Shown: one piece after another, positions 10,240 through 21,240 of the stretch
Layout: every line of letters begins with the position of its first letter
Position numbering within the stretch: position 1 is the stretch's first letter
Virus record (IMG/VR): IMGVR_UViG_2706796033_000001
Span: 1-64,000 of that record
Direction: 5' to 3' (one strand)
DNA from: a virus
Lineage: Duplodnaviria; Caudoviricetes
Length of the DNA: 64,000 nucleotides
Notes under the pieces: model-generated
What the model was told of the DNA's origin: nothing
Databases searched by the model: none
The model's input: only the letters and a program-made list of their open reading frames with translations
Translations under genes and position numbers: made by a program

Positions 10240-10763
10240 TCTACGCTGCGGATATTGTTGAGCGGTATTGGCGTGCGATCTGTTGGGATTTCCAAACGGT
10301 CTTGCACGTCAATGCCCTTGACTATTTCGCAGCGCCGTGCCGGTGCGGTCAGTGCCGCGAGAGGTATGGGGATGACGTTAACGCTCGGTATGCGTCACGT
10401 CGGAACTGGGATCAGTTCATCATGTTCTACGAAACCTTGCTGCAAATCCGTGGTTCTTACACGCAGGCAATGTATCTGCAAGACCCTGATGTGATTGAGC
10501 TTCAGGTTAACGCTAAGGATGAGGATTGGAAGGCCGCTAAGCCGCCGCTGTTCGGGTGGACGGCTGAGATGGATGCTTTGTTCTATATCGCTGATCAGGT
10601 CCAGGCGGGCCGGGTGCAGAAAGCGGAGGACTTTAAGCCTTATCCACGTCCTGAACTTCCGGCTGAGAAGGAACGTAAGCGCCGTAAGGAGACGAAGGTT
10701 AACGCTGGTCTTGAGGCGGCTATGGCTCGTGGTGTCGAGTCGGCCAAGTGGAACTACCTGTAG
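10230..10763 (+). CDS. tail assembly chaperone -1 frameshift extension
   Basis: GGGAAAG at 10230-10236 just before the stop; the open frame ending at 10763 is -1 relative to the short chaperone. Confidence 0.8.
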   Translation, partial: GKVIYAADIVERYWRAICWDFQTVLHVNALDYFAAPCRCGQCRERYGDDVNARYASRRNWDQFIMFYETLLQIRGSYTQAMYLQDPDVIELQVNAKDEDWKAAKPPLFGWTAEMDALFYIADQVQAGRVQKAEDFKPYPRPELPAEKERKRRKETKVNAGLEAAMARGVESAKWNYL

Positions 10764-10804
10764 TTCCGAATACAACTGAATAACAACTTAATAGAGGGGG
10801 CACT

Positions 10805-13800
10805 GTGGCTGAATATGTTGCCGCCCAGGCGTCGGTACTTATGGTGCCGACGCTTGGGAAGGGTGCCAATAGCTTTCACCAGAAGCTAAGGACACAACTA
10901 CAGACGGTGCGCGAGTCTGTCGAGGTCAAGGTTGAGGCCAAGACTGCCGAAATGTTGGCCGAGATTGAGGCGGCTAAGCAGGCTGCCGAGCGTGACCCGA
11001 TCCGGTTGCGGATTGAGGAACAGAGCGTCACGCACCAGATCACGTCGATTAAGCGCAAGGTTACCGACCTTAAGGACCAGACGCGGCGCGGTTTGACCCT
11101 GAATATCGCTGTGGCCGGTATGGCGCAGCTTTCGCAGCTCAGCTTGCTTATCGGGTCGGTGAATACGTCGCTTGTGCAGTTGGCGCAGTCGTCGTTGGTG
11201 GTGCCGGGAATCATGGGCGGCTTGGCGTCGTCGCTGGGCACTGCGATTGTCGGCTCTCGCGGCCTGGCGGATGCGTTCAAGGCTCAGGCGCAGGCGGCGC
11301 AGAGCACGGTGGAGTCCGCGCGGAGCCAGCGTGACGCTAACAATGCGGTTCGGGATTCGACGCGTGCGCTTAACAACGCGATCCGCGATGCCCGTCGCAA
11401 TATCGAGGATTTGAACGCGCAGCTTCGGGACGCTCCGCTCGATGAGGCCGAAGCGATGTTGAACTTGCAAGAGGCTATTGCTGAGGCGGGCGATAAGGCT
11501 GGTAAGTCGGCGTTCCAGATTCAAAAGGATCAGGTTGCGCAGTTGCGGGCTGAGTCTCAGCTTGCGGAGACGCGACGACGGAATCTGCGGCTACAGGACG
11601 ATGTTCAGGAGGCCAACGCTAAGGGCATCCAGGGCAATGATGCTGTGGTCGCGGCGACGGAGCGTTTGACGCAGGCGCTTGAGTCGGCGGCGGATGGCTC
11701 TACCGCGATGAAGAAGCTCGCGGACGCGATGGGCAACTTGTCTCCGAATGCTCAGGATTTTGTTAACCGGGTTCGGTCGCTGAGTGGGGCGTGGCTTGAC
11801 CTACGCACGGCGGTCCAGGATCGGCTGTTCGCCGATCTGGGGTCAGATATTCAGGGGTTGGCCGGTACGGGCCTGCCTCTGCTTGAACGTGGCTTGACGG
11901 GCATTGCAGGGGCCATTAATGGCAATCTGCGTGCCGCTATCGCACAGTTGGGTGACAGCCAGAATCAGGGGCTTCTCGAGCGCCTGTTCGGCAACACGGA
12001 GGACGCGCAGAATCTTCTGACGCGGGCGGTGGACCCGCTTATCGGCGGTGTGCTGCGCCTAACGGCTGCTAGCTCTGATTCGTTGCCTCGTTTGTCGGAT
12101 GCGTTCGGCGACGTGATGACTCGGTTTGAGAACTTTGTTACTGCGGCTGACGATGATGGCCGGTTGGACAAGTGGATCGACTCTGGCCTTAAGGCGCTAA
12201 CCGATCTGGGTAACACTCTGCTGAATATCGGTTCGATCATGAACTCTGTCAGCGAGGCGTTCACTGGTACGGGTGGCCGTGGCCTGCTTGACCTACTTAG
12301 TGATGGCACTAAGCGTCTAGCGGATTTCCTTAAGAGCGCTGAGGGGCAGCAGAAGCTTAAGGATATCTTCTACGAGGCGCGTGCTGAGTTTCAGAAGTGG
12401 CGTCCGACGTTGGAGCAGATTCCCGGCATTCTTAAGAATGTGCAGGATGCGGCTCAGCGGTGGGCCAATATGCTGTTGCCGTTCCTGAATACGGCGGCGA
12501 CGTTGCTTAAGGAACATCCTGGCCTAATCCAGACGATCCTGTTTGCGTGGCTTGGGTGGCGCACGATTCAGCCGATTCTGACGGGCATTAGGAGCGGGCT
12601 GGACCTGATGCGGGGCGGCTTGGACCTGGTTTCCAAGGCGTTCGGTAATGGCGATGGTGGCGTTAACGGTAAGGCGTCGAAGTTTAGTGGCCTTATGGCG
12701 GTGGGTGGTCCTATCGCACTGGGTGTGAGTGCTGTGGCTTCGGTCCTGATGTACGAGTATGTGAATGCTCAGCAGGAGGCCGCTGAGTCGACTGCTTACC
12801 ACGCGGATATGGTCGCTCGGCTTCGTAATGAAATGGATGCGCTGTCTGGGTCGCTGACGCAGCAGGGCTTGACTGAGAAGCTGGGCCGGGCTGGCGGTTT
12901 CGTTGATCCTAACGAGACGGACGCTAAGCCGCGTGACTTGCCGGGGTTGGCTCAGAGTGAGTTCAACATTAACCGGGAGCTGTTTGGTCAGGCGTTGACG
13001 CCGACGAATCAGGCGGCGCGTGATCAGGTTATCGGAACGACGCGTAAGGCGATCCTTGACGAGCTGAACTCTAAGCCTTTGGCTGAGTTCGTCGGTGAGG
13101 ATGATGCGAATTTCCTTGATCTGCTGAATAAGCAGCGTAAGCCGGAAGATCAGATCACGACTGATGTTCTAGCTCGGGCGCTTACTGGTGATGCTCAGGC
13201 TCGGGAGTTGTTTGAGAAGTCTGGTGCGTCGTTCTCATTGAGCGATCTGCTTTACGGCTACAACAGTCCGTTGTCGTGGCTGCCGGGTTCGCGGAACGAT
13301 GACACGCCGGGTCTGTCTCAGCGTGCTCGTGCGGGTGCGAATATCAGCCGGTTCGTGATGGACGACACTAACCATGCGTTGCAGGTTGGGTCGGAGATTC
13401 GGTCGAACAATGAGGCTGTTACTGGTCGGGCGCAGTTCAAGCAGGGTGCTCCTAACCCGTTCGCGGGTCTTGGTAGCCCTAGTGCGTATTACGAGCCTGG
13501 TGGGCAGGGCGCGGCTGGTATCCGCGTTGATATGCCGTTTAGCGAGATTAAGCGGAACCATCCAGACCTGGTTGAGAACATTCGTAAGAATGGTGGCCGG
13601 TTCGAGGAGTTGGCTGACGGCACGGTGATCCATCTTGACGCTGACCGGGCGGGGTTGTACTTGCAGCCTGCGCCTACGGCGGCTACTGGTGGGCTGTTTA
13701 GTGGGCCGGGGACGGGTCGTAGCGATTCGATTCTGGCTCGGGTGTCTAACGGTGAGTTCATTACGCGCGCCGATGCTGTGGCTAAGTATGGGCAGGACTT

Positions 13801-16201
13801 CTTTCACGCTCTGAATAAGGGCGAGGTTGATCCTGCTCTGCTGCCTGGTTTCGACGGTGGCGGCATGATCTTCGCTGGTCCTTATGACCCACCACCGGCT
13901 CCTAAGCCGGACTTCGCGGGTGTGACGGCTAGTGGTGCTGCCGCGTTGCCGCCGCCGGTTGTTCGGGGGTTGCCGGATACGGGTGTGTCGGTGCCGTTGA
14001 CGCCGGGGGCGCAGAGCGCTAAGGATGCTGCGGATAACTTCGGGACGCCTAAGCGGCTGCCGGATTCTGGTCTGACTCTGCCGGTGCGTAAGCCGCAGTT
14101 GAGGCCGGGGATTTCGCAGTGGTTCGGTGGCTTGTTTGGTTCAGATAAGCCTGCTGCTCCGGTGCGGGAAGCACCGCCGGGTGCGAGTGCTGATTTTGTT
14201 GATCGCATGTTCGGGCTGGCTACGGCTGGCGCGGCCATTCCAATGTCTGATCCGGCTAACCCGACGTTGTATGACCCTGCGACGGGCAAGTTTGCTGGTC
14301 CAGCGCCAGCTCCGCGTTTCCCGCAGAAGCCAGCGACTCCGCTTAAGGCGGGGCGGGATGGTGACAAGGGTGAGGCGAGCGGGCCTAATGTGCCGCCGAC
14401 TGACCCGCGTTCGCCGGGGTACGCACAGCCGAATCACGCGCTTGTGGCTACTCATGGTGGCGGTGGGTCGCCTGGGCCGGGTAATGGCATCCCTCATTTG
14501 ACGGGTGCTGCGCCGGGGCCGGGGTTGACGCCTACGGTGGCTGGTCTGCCGGGTCTGGGGCTTACGCCTCAGCCGGGTATGCCGGGCAGTGTTCCGAATC
14601 CTGGTTTGACGCCGAGTGCTAATGATCCGCTGGGCTTGTCTGGTTTGCCGGACGAGTTGCAGCCGGTGAGCATTTTCGAGCAGATCGGGGAGATTCTGCT
14701 TAGCGCGGTGTTGGGGTTCTTCGGTATTGATCCGACGTACTTCGGTATCGGTAAGCGAATCTTTACGGGCCTGACGGGCAAGGATAAGGACGACCGGGGT
14801 AAGCCTAAGGACGCTGATCCTCAGGTGCAGCAGATTATCGACGGCTATCCAACTGATCTGGGAACGCAGTACCCATTCGTGGGGGCGCTGAATGGTACGG
14901 GTTCTCCGGCTGCGCAGCGTGCGGCGAACATGGCTGAGGTTATGGCCGGTAAGCCTTACGTGTGGGGCGGTTCGGGCCTTGACGGTACGGACTGTTCAGG
15001 TCTGGTGATGTACGTCGCTGATGCGCTTAACGGTAAGCCGTTCTCGGGCCGCACTGGTGGCACTGGCGGGTTTGCGCAGTCGATTCCGGCTAAGGGTGGC
15101 GTGATCATTAGTGATCCGTCGCAAGCGCCGCCGGGTACGTACCGGATTGGTTGGAATGCTTCGCATACGGCGGCAACGCTGCCTGATGGCCGGAACATCG
15201 AGTCGAGCACGTACGGTAAGCCGATTGCGGTTGGGTCGGGAGCTTCGGGTTACAACGATCCGCAGTTCACGAACTGGGCGTACTTCCCGCTGCCTAGCTA
15301 TGCGAGTGGAGGGTTCCTGAGCGGTGCTGGTACGGGCCGTTCGGATTCGATGCTGGCGCGTGTCAGTAACGGTGAGTTCATCACGCGTGCGGATTCGGTG
15401 GCTAAGTACGGTCGCGGCTTCATGGAGGCGCTTAACGCGGGGCGGGTTGATCCGTCTGCGCTGCCTGGCTTCGCGCCGGGTGGTATGCCGCTGCCTCCTC
15501 CGACGCCGTTGCCGACTCCACCGGCTGCGGAGCCGCCACCTGTTGCGACGGCTGAGCCGAATGGTGCGCCGCCGCCTAGTGATCCGGCTGCGCTTGCGCC
15601 GCCGCCTGCTGAGGCCATTCCTACGGAAACGGCGGAACAGGCGCTTGGCGGGCTTGGTAGCGCGCTGTCTGGTACGGGTGCGGGGTCGAGTGGGCAGATG
15701 CCGGGGGCGGCTGCACCTGAGGGTGCGACTCCTGGTGTTGATCCTCGCTCTGTCGCTGGTCGTGCGCCGACGAACCTTGACCACAACAATCCAGCTCTTA
15801 CCAAGGGTATTCAGTCTGGGTTTACGCATGTGGGCAGCCTGATTGCCACGGCGGCGTCTATGGGCGCTGGCGCGGCTGGTGCTGCGGGCGCTCCTGGGGC
15901 TGGTGCTGCGGGGGGCGCGGCTGGTGCTGGTATTCAGGCGGGCGCGCAGATTGCGGGGCAGGTCGCTAGCGGCGCTGTCAACATTCTGTCGAGCTTGCTG
16001 GTGGGCACGCTATCTGGTGGTTCGTCACCTAACGCGTATGGCGCTCCGGTGCTGCCACAGCAGCCGCAGGGTAGCGGTCTGGGTGGTCCGGCTGTGGTTA
16101 ACAACTACGGCGATATCCACACGGCTTCTTATGACCAGTTCTATCAGGGTCAGCAGAGGCGTGAAGCTCAGACGCAGGTTCCATTCCTGCCGATGAAGTA
16201 A
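10805..16201 (+). CDS. tape measure protein with NlpC/P60-like peptidase domain
   Basis: 1798 aa, Ala/Gly-rich, after chaperones; GKPYVWGG...DCSGLV motif near C-terminus. Confidence 0.95.
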   Translation: MAEYVAAQASVLMVPTLGKGANSFHQKLRTQLQTVRESVEVKVEAKTAEMLAEIEAAKQAAERDPIRLRIEEQSVTHQITSIKRKVTDLKDQTRRGLTLNIAVAGMAQLSQLSLLIGSVNTSLVQLAQSSLVVPGIMGGLASSLGTAIVGSRGLADAFKAQAQAAQSTVESARSQRDANNAVRDSTRALNNAIRDARRNIEDLNAQLRDAPLDEAEAMLNLQEAIAEAGDKAGKSAFQIQKDQVAQLRAESQLAETRRRNLRLQDDVQEANAKGIQGNDAVVAATERLTQALESAADGSTAMKKLADAMGNLSPNAQDFVNRVRSLSGAWLDLRTAVQDRLFADLGSDIQGLAGTGLPLLERGLTGIAGAINGNLRAAIAQLGDSQNQGLLERLFGNTEDAQNLLTRAVDPLIGGVLRLTAASSDSLPRLSDAFGDVMTRFENFVTAADDDGRLDKWIDSGLKALTDLGNTLLNIGSIMNSVSEAFTGTGGRGLLDLLSDGTKRLADFLKSAEGQQKLKDIFYEARAEFQKWRPTLEQIPGILKNVQDAAQRWANMLLPFLNTAATLLKEHPGLIQTILFAWLGWRTIQPILTGIRSGLDLMRGGLDLVSKAFGNGDGGVNGKASKFSGLMAVGGPIALGVSAVASVLMYEYVNAQQEAAESTAYHADMVARLRNEMDALSGSLTQQGLTEKLGRAGGFVDPNETDAKPRDLPGLAQSEFNINRELFGQALTPTNQAARDQVIGTTRKAILDELNSKPLAEFVGEDDANFLDLLNKQRKPEDQITTDVLARALTGDAQARELFEKSGASFSLSDLLYGYNSPLSWLPGSRNDDTPGLSQRARAGANISRFVMDDTNHALQVGSEIRSNNEAVTGRAQFKQGAPNPFAGLGSPSAYYEPGGQGAAGIRVDMPFSEIKRNHPDLVENIRKNGGRFEELADGTVIHLDADRAGLYLQPAPTAATGGLFSGPGTGRSDSILARVSNGEFITRADAVAKYGQDFFHALNKGEVDPALLPGFDGGGMIFAGPYDPPPAPKPDFAGVTASGAAALPPPVVRGLPDTGVSVPLTPGAQSAKDAADNFGTPKRLPDSGLTLPVRKPQLRPGISQWFGGLFGSDKPAAPVREAPPGASADFVDRMFGLATAGAAIPMSDPANPTLYDPATGKFAGPAPAPRFPQKPATPLKAGRDGDKGEASGPNVPPTDPRSPGYAQPNHALVATHGGGGSPGPGNGIPHLTGAAPGPGLTPTVAGLPGLGLTPQPGMPGSVPNPGLTPSANDPLGLSGLPDELQPVSIFEQIGEILLSAVLGFFGIDPTYFGIGKRIFTGLTGKDKDDRGKPKDADPQVQQIIDGYPTDLGTQYPFVGALNGTGSPAAQRAANMAEVMAGKPYVWGGSGLDGTDCSGLVMYVADALNGKPFSGRTGGTGGFAQSIPAKGGVIISDPSQAPPGTYRIGWNASHTAATLPDGRNIESSTYGKPIAVGSGASGYNDPQFTNWAYFPLPSYASGGFLSGAGTGRSDSMLARVSNGEFITRADSVAKYGRGFMEALNAGRVDPSALPGFAPGGMPLPPPTPLPTPPAAEPPPVATAEPNGAPPPSDPAALAPPPAEAIPTETAEQALGGLGSALSGTGAGSSGQMPGAAAPEGATPGVDPRSVAGRAPTNLDHNNPALTKGIQSGFTHVGSLIATAASMGAGAAGAAGAPGAGAAGGAAGAGIQAGAQIAGQVASGAVNILSSLLVGTLSGGSSPNAYGAPVLPQQPQGSGLGGPAVVNNYGDIHTASYDQFYQGQQRREAQTQVPFLPMK

Positions 16202-16219
16202 ACACTCTAAGGACGGGTT

Positions 16220-16267
16220 AGCCCCGCTCGAATGCCGGTATTACTCCGGTGGCCGGGCGGGGCTTTC
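16220..16267 (+). terminator. putative terminator after tape measure
   Basis: AGCCCCGCTCG...CGGGCGGGGCT inverted repeat followed by short T run. Confidence 0.5.
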
Positions 16268-16289
16268 CCGTTAGAAAGACAACTGAATA

Positions 16290-17204
16290 GTGAGCGATTA
16301 CGTCAAGATTACTTTGACGGGTCGGGATGGTTCTACCTGGTGCTTGTCTGGCGCTGGCGCGGGTCGAGAAGGTGTCACCCTTTCCCCGAATGTCCAGAAT
16401 CTTATTGATGCGCCGGTTAAGACCTTGTGGACGCCCGGCCCCTTCGGAGAGCAGTACGCCGGTAAGCGGGTTCGTCGGCGCGAGGTCATTTTCTCTGTCC
16501 AGGTTGGGCATGAGGGCTTTGATCCTGATACGTGGGCCACGGTCGATTCCCGTTGGCGTTGGGCCTGGGATTACGACCAGGAATGCACGCTAACTGTCGA
16601 GACTAGCGATGGCATCCGGAACCTTAAGCTCCGGCTGCTAGAGGAACCTAAGGCGTACGGGGCTAAAGACCCGTTCCTTACGGGCGACTGCGAAGTGATG
16701 ATGACGACGGTCGCTGAGTTCCCGTATTGGGTTAGTGAGCCGGACGTTTTCATCTGGAAAACGCCGAACCTTGCGGACCGCACGACGGTGTTCGTTGCCA
16801 ATAACGGCGATGTGCCGGTGTGGCTGCGGTGGACGTTCACTGCGCCTGGCACGTGGACGATTCCTGATTTTTCGTGGGACAACGACATGTTTGCGCGCGG
16901 CGAAATGGACCGTGGGCGAACGTTGGTGCTGCCTGAGCTTAAGCAGGGTGAGCACATCACGGTCGATTCGGACCCGCGTGTCCAGACGATTGTTTCCGCT
17001 AACGATTCGCCTGTTCAGCACAGGTGGAAGGGCAATGACCTTCTGTATCCGCTGATGCCGGGTAAGAGCGGTGAGATTCCGGTGGGGTTCAGGGTGAACT
17101 CGACTGCGCCGGGGTCGGAGAACGGTGGCGCTTTCAAGCTAACGGTTCCTAAGTGGTATTCGCGTCCGTGGTCGCGTCCGCATGTGATTCGGACGGTGTA
17201 CTAA
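16290..17204 (+). CDS. minor tail protein (distal tail-like)
   Basis: First gene after TMP; TLTGRDGSTWCL N-terminus. Confidence 0.8.
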   Translation: MSDYVKITLTGRDGSTWCLSGAGAGREGVTLSPNVQNLIDAPVKTLWTPGPFGEQYAGKRVRRREVIFSVQVGHEGFDPDTWATVDSRWRWAWDYDQECTLTVETSDGIRNLKLRLLEEPKAYGAKDPFLTGDCEVMMTTVAEFPYWVSEPDVFIWKTPNLADRTTVFVANNGDVPVWLRWTFTAPGTWTIPDFSWDNDMFARGEMDRGRTLVLPELKQGEHITVDSDPRVQTIVSANDSPVQHRWKGNDLLYPLMPGKSGEIPVGFRVNSTAPGSENGGAFKLTVPKWYSRPWSRPHVIRTVY

Positions 17205-18938
17205 ATGTGGCAGGACAGTGACCTTTGGGAAATTGACAAGTCTTGCGATTACTACCGTGGTCGGCACGAGTCGATGCGGAAGGCGCACCCGCTAATCCGT
17301 ATTTGGATTAACGATCCAGAGAATAGTCATGGCGCTGTCTGTGTCGGGCGGATCGACTTTACGGACACCATTAAGGGTTCGTTCCCATTTAAGAACAACA
17401 CGGCTACGCAGGGCGTGTTGCAGATTCGAGACGATCATTACATCGCTCTGTTCCTTAAGCGGTTGCCGCAGGATGAGCGTTATCAGAAGAACGTAATGAT
17501 CACGGTGGACTTCTATGGCGGCGCTAAGCGTTGGTCGGGGTTGCTGGATAAGTGGAACATTAAGACCACTGAGGACGGCGCAAAGTATTTTGAGATGACG
17601 TTTCAGGACGATCTCACTTACTTGCAGTACCTTTTGTGCCCGCCGAATCCGTTCCTGCCGATCCCGGTATTCCAGTTCCCACGCATGTTTATGCTGGCTG
17701 GCCCTAGTAAGTGGGCTATTTCGATGCTCATTCTGCTTAACCTGCTTAGGGTTGAGGGCAACCTTTGGGAGCTGCCGGACGACCCGTTTGATCCTGAGGA
17801 GTGGGACCAGATTTTAGATTGGTCCGACTGGCAGGTTCACATTAAGGGTTCGCCGTGGCTGGTTGACGATTCGTCAATGTGGACGTTCCTGTCCGCGCGT
17901 ATGAATCCGGTGGACGCGGTTATCGCTGATGCGCTGGATGACTGCCAGCTCACGATGACGTACCGCCGGATTCTGACCGATGACGGCGAGGTCGCGGATG
18001 GCCTGATGGGCATTGCGGACGGCACTCGCGTTAAGAACGGCGCGCTGGTGTTTGAGGTTGTCGATAACTCTAACGCGCACGCTTTCGACGGCACGTTCCT
18101 GTCGGGGACGGTCATTGATGGTTTTGCGCGGTCGCTGATCACGTATGGCGGCGGCTTTGTTGAGGATGTGTTTAACCAGGTCGGGGAGGACTCGACACTG
18201 CATCCGGACGAGTATTACCAGTCTGGGTGGTTGGGCACTATCGCTAAGCAGCCGTGGTTGGTTATCCGTGATAGTGAGTGGACGCCGATTACGTCGTCTG
18301 ACATGTCGTGGGGTCCGTCTAAGAATGTTTCCGTTGTCGTGGGTGGTGATAACCCGGCGGCGGACGCCATTGCAAAGCTAGTTATTGAGACTACTGGCGC
18401 GCTTATCGGATATTTCCTGCTAGCTGGTTTCTCCGGCTTGGGCAGTATCGCGGCTGATGTGATTATGCCGTTCCTGGTGGGGACCATCGCGGCTTGGCTG
18501 CAATGGAAGAACACTGGGCGGGCTAACGCGCTCGGCTGGATGCACTACTGGGAGCTGTATCAGGCCGGTGCCGAGAATAACTCTTGGTCTCTGGCTGCGC
18601 TTAGCGCGCTTCGTGGCGGGTTCCTGGTGGGTAAGTCGGAGACGACGCATCTTGTGGCGCTGCACGATTCCTGGGCTATCCCTGGCCTGCATTTCGATAT
18701 CGGTCACCGGATCGGTACGACGGTGGATTCGCCGGGTGTGCAGGACATTGTTTGGGTCAACCAGGTCGAGGAAATGGTTGCGGAGTGGGATAACTCCGGC
18801 GACGGGCAGCCGTACGCGTGGGTCATTAAGGCTGGTAAGTCGCAGCGGAACATGAGTGTCGGTGAGCGATTGGCTCGGCTTTCAAAGAAGTTCCTAGATG
18901 CAATTAACAACGTTGGCGTTCACCTTGTTCAGGGTTAA
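17205..18938 (+). CDS. minor tail protein (baseplate hub, Gp37-like)
   Basis: PNPFLP...QFPR motif, size, synteny. Confidence 0.85.
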   Translation: MWQDSDLWEIDKSCDYYRGRHESMRKAHPLIRIWINDPENSHGAVCVGRIDFTDTIKGSFPFKNNTATQGVLQIRDDHYIALFLKRLPQDERYQKNVMITVDFYGGAKRWSGLLDKWNIKTTEDGAKYFEMTFQDDLTYLQYLLCPPNPFLPIPVFQFPRMFMLAGPSKWAISMLILLNLLRVEGNLWELPDDPFDPEEWDQILDWSDWQVHIKGSPWLVDDSSMWTFLSARMNPVDAVIADALDDCQLTMTYRRILTDDGEVADGLMGIADGTRVKNGALVFEVVDNSNAHAFDGTFLSGTVIDGFARSLITYGGGFVEDVFNQVGEDSTLHPDEYYQSGWLGTIAKQPWLVIRDSEWTPITSSDMSWGPSKNVSVVVGGDNPAADAIAKLVIETTGALIGYFLLAGFSGLGSIAADVIMPFLVGTIAAWLQWKNTGRANALGWMHYWELYQAGAENNSWSLAALSALRGGFLVGKSETTHLVALHDSWAIPGLHFDIGHRIGTTVDSPGVQDIVWVNQVEEMVAEWDNSGDGQPYAWVIKAGKSQRNMSVGERLARLSKKFLDAINNVGVHLVQG

Positions 18939-18962
18939 GGCCAGCTTAGGGGGAGATAAGTA

Positions 18963-19460
18963 ATGCTATCGCAGAACGAATGCGACATGGAGAATCCGGA
19001 ACAGTTTGCGGCGTGGGCGTTCGCTGCGGGGGTACCTGACCCTCGCGGCGAGCGTTACCCGAATCAGCCTTTGATTCCTGCTAAGTGTTTCAAGGGCTTG
19101 TCGCAGATGCTTTGGGATTTCGGTTTCCGTTGGCATGAGGATAAGCAAACGAAGTGGGTTAGTCCTCGCACCGGGCCGACGCGCAACTTTGAGGCGTGGG
19201 GCACTACGGATATCAAGCCTGAGGACATTATCGGTGACGTTGCTCAGATGGCGGTTGAGGAGTTCCCGCAGATTGCGGCGAAGGTCGCGGCGGTGACTCC
19301 GGAGAAGCACCAGGAGGCGCTTGAGGACGCGGCTAAGGACTTGCTTAGCAAGATCGAGCGGCTTAATGAGGCGCGGTCGCGTATGGAGAGTCGTTTGGCT
19401 GAGCGTCAGGACCGGGAGGTAACTCCGGAAACGGAGGCGGTTGATGGCGGGTCTGCCTAG
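18963..19460 (+). CDS. minor tail protein (DUF2744-like)
   Basis: Q.ECD.ENPEQ..AWA and S..LWDFGFRWH motifs. Confidence 0.7.
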   Translation: MLSQNECDMENPEQFAAWAFAAGVPDPRGERYPNQPLIPAKCFKGLSQMLWDFGFRWHEDKQTKWVSPRTGPTRNFEAWGTTDIKPEDIIGDVAQMAVEEFPQIAAKVAAVTPEKHQEALEDAAKDLLSKIERLNEARSRMESRLAERQDREVTPETEAVDGGSA

Positions 19461-21240
19461 TGGTGAAGCGGGTCTAGACGATCCCAAGTATGTAGTTCAG
19501 AACACCGTCACTGCGCTGGCGCAGCGGACGCAGGAGAACGTGGAGGCTGAGCACCGGCAGGCGATTGAGAGCGGTGGTAATCCGCTGTCTCCGGCGTTGC
19601 AGTTTTTCTTTAACACGATCATGGGCGGGTTTCAGACGCTCGGCAATTTTCTGGAAATGATCATTGAGGCCATTACCGGCGCGGCTGGTGGCACGTTAGC
19701 CTCGCTCGCTAACTTCATGACGGGTGTGGTTACCGACATTGGTAACGCGTTGGGCTGGCTCGCTGATCTGGTGGACGATCTGTGGAATAACGCGGCGGCG
19801 GTTATCGGGTCTATCCCGCAGACGCTTGTGTCTGGGCTACAGAGCGCGCTTAACGGCATTAACAACACGATTCAGCAGGTCATTGAAGGCATCATTGGCG
19901 CTATTCGGGGTATCCCGCTTGTGGGCGCTGGCATTGCCGATCTGGTGTCGATCCTTACGGGTTACCGCGAGGGTGTGGAGACCGACCAGATCGTTCAGCA
20001 GAACCTAACGATTTCGTCTACGAGTTCGGTGCAGCGGCAGCCCGCGTGGGCGTCTGCTTACCCAATTTCGGCGGTGACGTATCCGGCGATCCTGCATTCC
20101 GATTTCACGGTCTATGCGGAGACGGTGGGGCCTGCTACGGCGGGCACGCAGCACACGCATGAGATTCGGGGGTCGACGGACGACGCGTACGCAATCGCGC
20201 CGTTTTGGGCTTGTGAGCAGAACGGCAGCTTGGGCGGGTTCGTCACGGCGGGCGAGGATACGGTTTTCTCAAAGTTCGGCATCGTGATCTTCGCGGACAC
20301 GACTCCGGTCCCTGCTGGGACGGTCTATTTCGAGGTTTACCGCGAGCAGCCTGACGGCAGTTTGGACCGGTTGACGCAGGCGGATATCTCGTCTCATATC
20401 ACCGGCTCGAGTCAGCTTTTGGTGTTGCAGTGGACGGACTTTCGGATCGTGGCGCGTCGGGGTGAGCGTTACCTACTGCGGATTAAGAACACGTCGAGTC
20501 CTAACGTTGTGCCGCGTTTGCGTGGTCTTGCGTGGGGCACTGGTGTTCCGGAGATTCAGTGGGAGACGACTACCGCTGCCGATACGAATAAGACTTCGTA
20601 CACGGCTGCGGAATCGGCTGCGATTATCTCTACGTCGGGCATCACGCCGTGGCTGATGTTGGCGGCTGAGGAAACCGATATCCCTGAGGCTCGGACGTGG
20701 GCAGACGACTTTAACCGGCCTGAGCTGGGTTACCTGTGGAATCACAACACGTCGGATAACGGCGATCTGGTCATTACCGCTAACAAGTTGTCTTACGGCG
20801 GGACGACTAACGGTTTCCAGCAGGCTTTGTATATCCATCCTTTGGCGACGGATAAGTTCAAGCTGACCGCTGAGGTTTCTAGCCTTGCGGGTACGGGCCA
20901 GGTGTATTTCATGTGTGCGTCGGGCCGTAACAACAATGTGGCTGCGGTTCTGGCGGTTGGCGCTACTGGCGTGTCAATTCAGACGTTGATCGGTACAACG
21001 GTAACGGTTCGTGCGCAGGTTCTTCGGACGAACAACGCAGGCAAGTACACGTTTACCTATGATCCAGCGTCGAAGGTCTACAACGTTCTACTTAACGATC
21101 AACCTATTGGGTTGTCGTGGACGGATAGCGCCAACTTGCTAAGCAAGGGCGTCCAGTTCCGTTATTTCCAGATTCAGATTCAGCGCGTTAGTGGCGTTAA
21201 TGGGGGGCAGGTAGACAATTGGGTGATTCAGGACAACTAA
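19444..21240 (+). CDS. minor tail protein
   Basis: Helical N-terminus and beta-rich C-terminal domain (DDFNR), within tail operon. Confidence 0.75.
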   Translation: MAGLPSGEAGLDDPKYVVQNTVTALAQRTQENVEAEHRQAIESGGNPLSPALQFFFNTIMGGFQTLGNFLEMIIEAITGAAGGTLASLANFMTGVVTDIGNALGWLADLVDDLWNNAAAVIGSIPQTLVSGLQSALNGINNTIQQVIEGIIGAIRGIPLVGAGIADLVSILTGYREGVETDQIVQQNLTISSTSSVQRQPAWASAYPISAVTYPAILHSDFTVYAETVGPATAGTQHTHEIRGSTDDAYAIAPFWACEQNGSLGGFVTAGEDTVFSKFGIVIFADTTPVPAGTVYFEVYREQPDGSLDRLTQADISSHITGSSQLLVLQWTDFRIVARRGERYLLRIKNTSSPNVVPRLRGLAWGTGVPEIQWETTTAADTNKTSYTAAESAAIISTSGITPWLMLAAEETDIPEARTWADDFNRPELGYLWNHNTSDNGDLVITANKLSYGGTTNGFQQALYIHPLATDKFKLTAEVSSLAGTGQVYFMCASGRNNNVAAVLAVGATGVSIQTLIGTTVTVRAQVLRTNNAGKYTFTYDPASKVYNVLLNDQPIGLSWTDSANLLSKGVQFRYFQIQIQRVSGVNGGQVDNWVIQDN

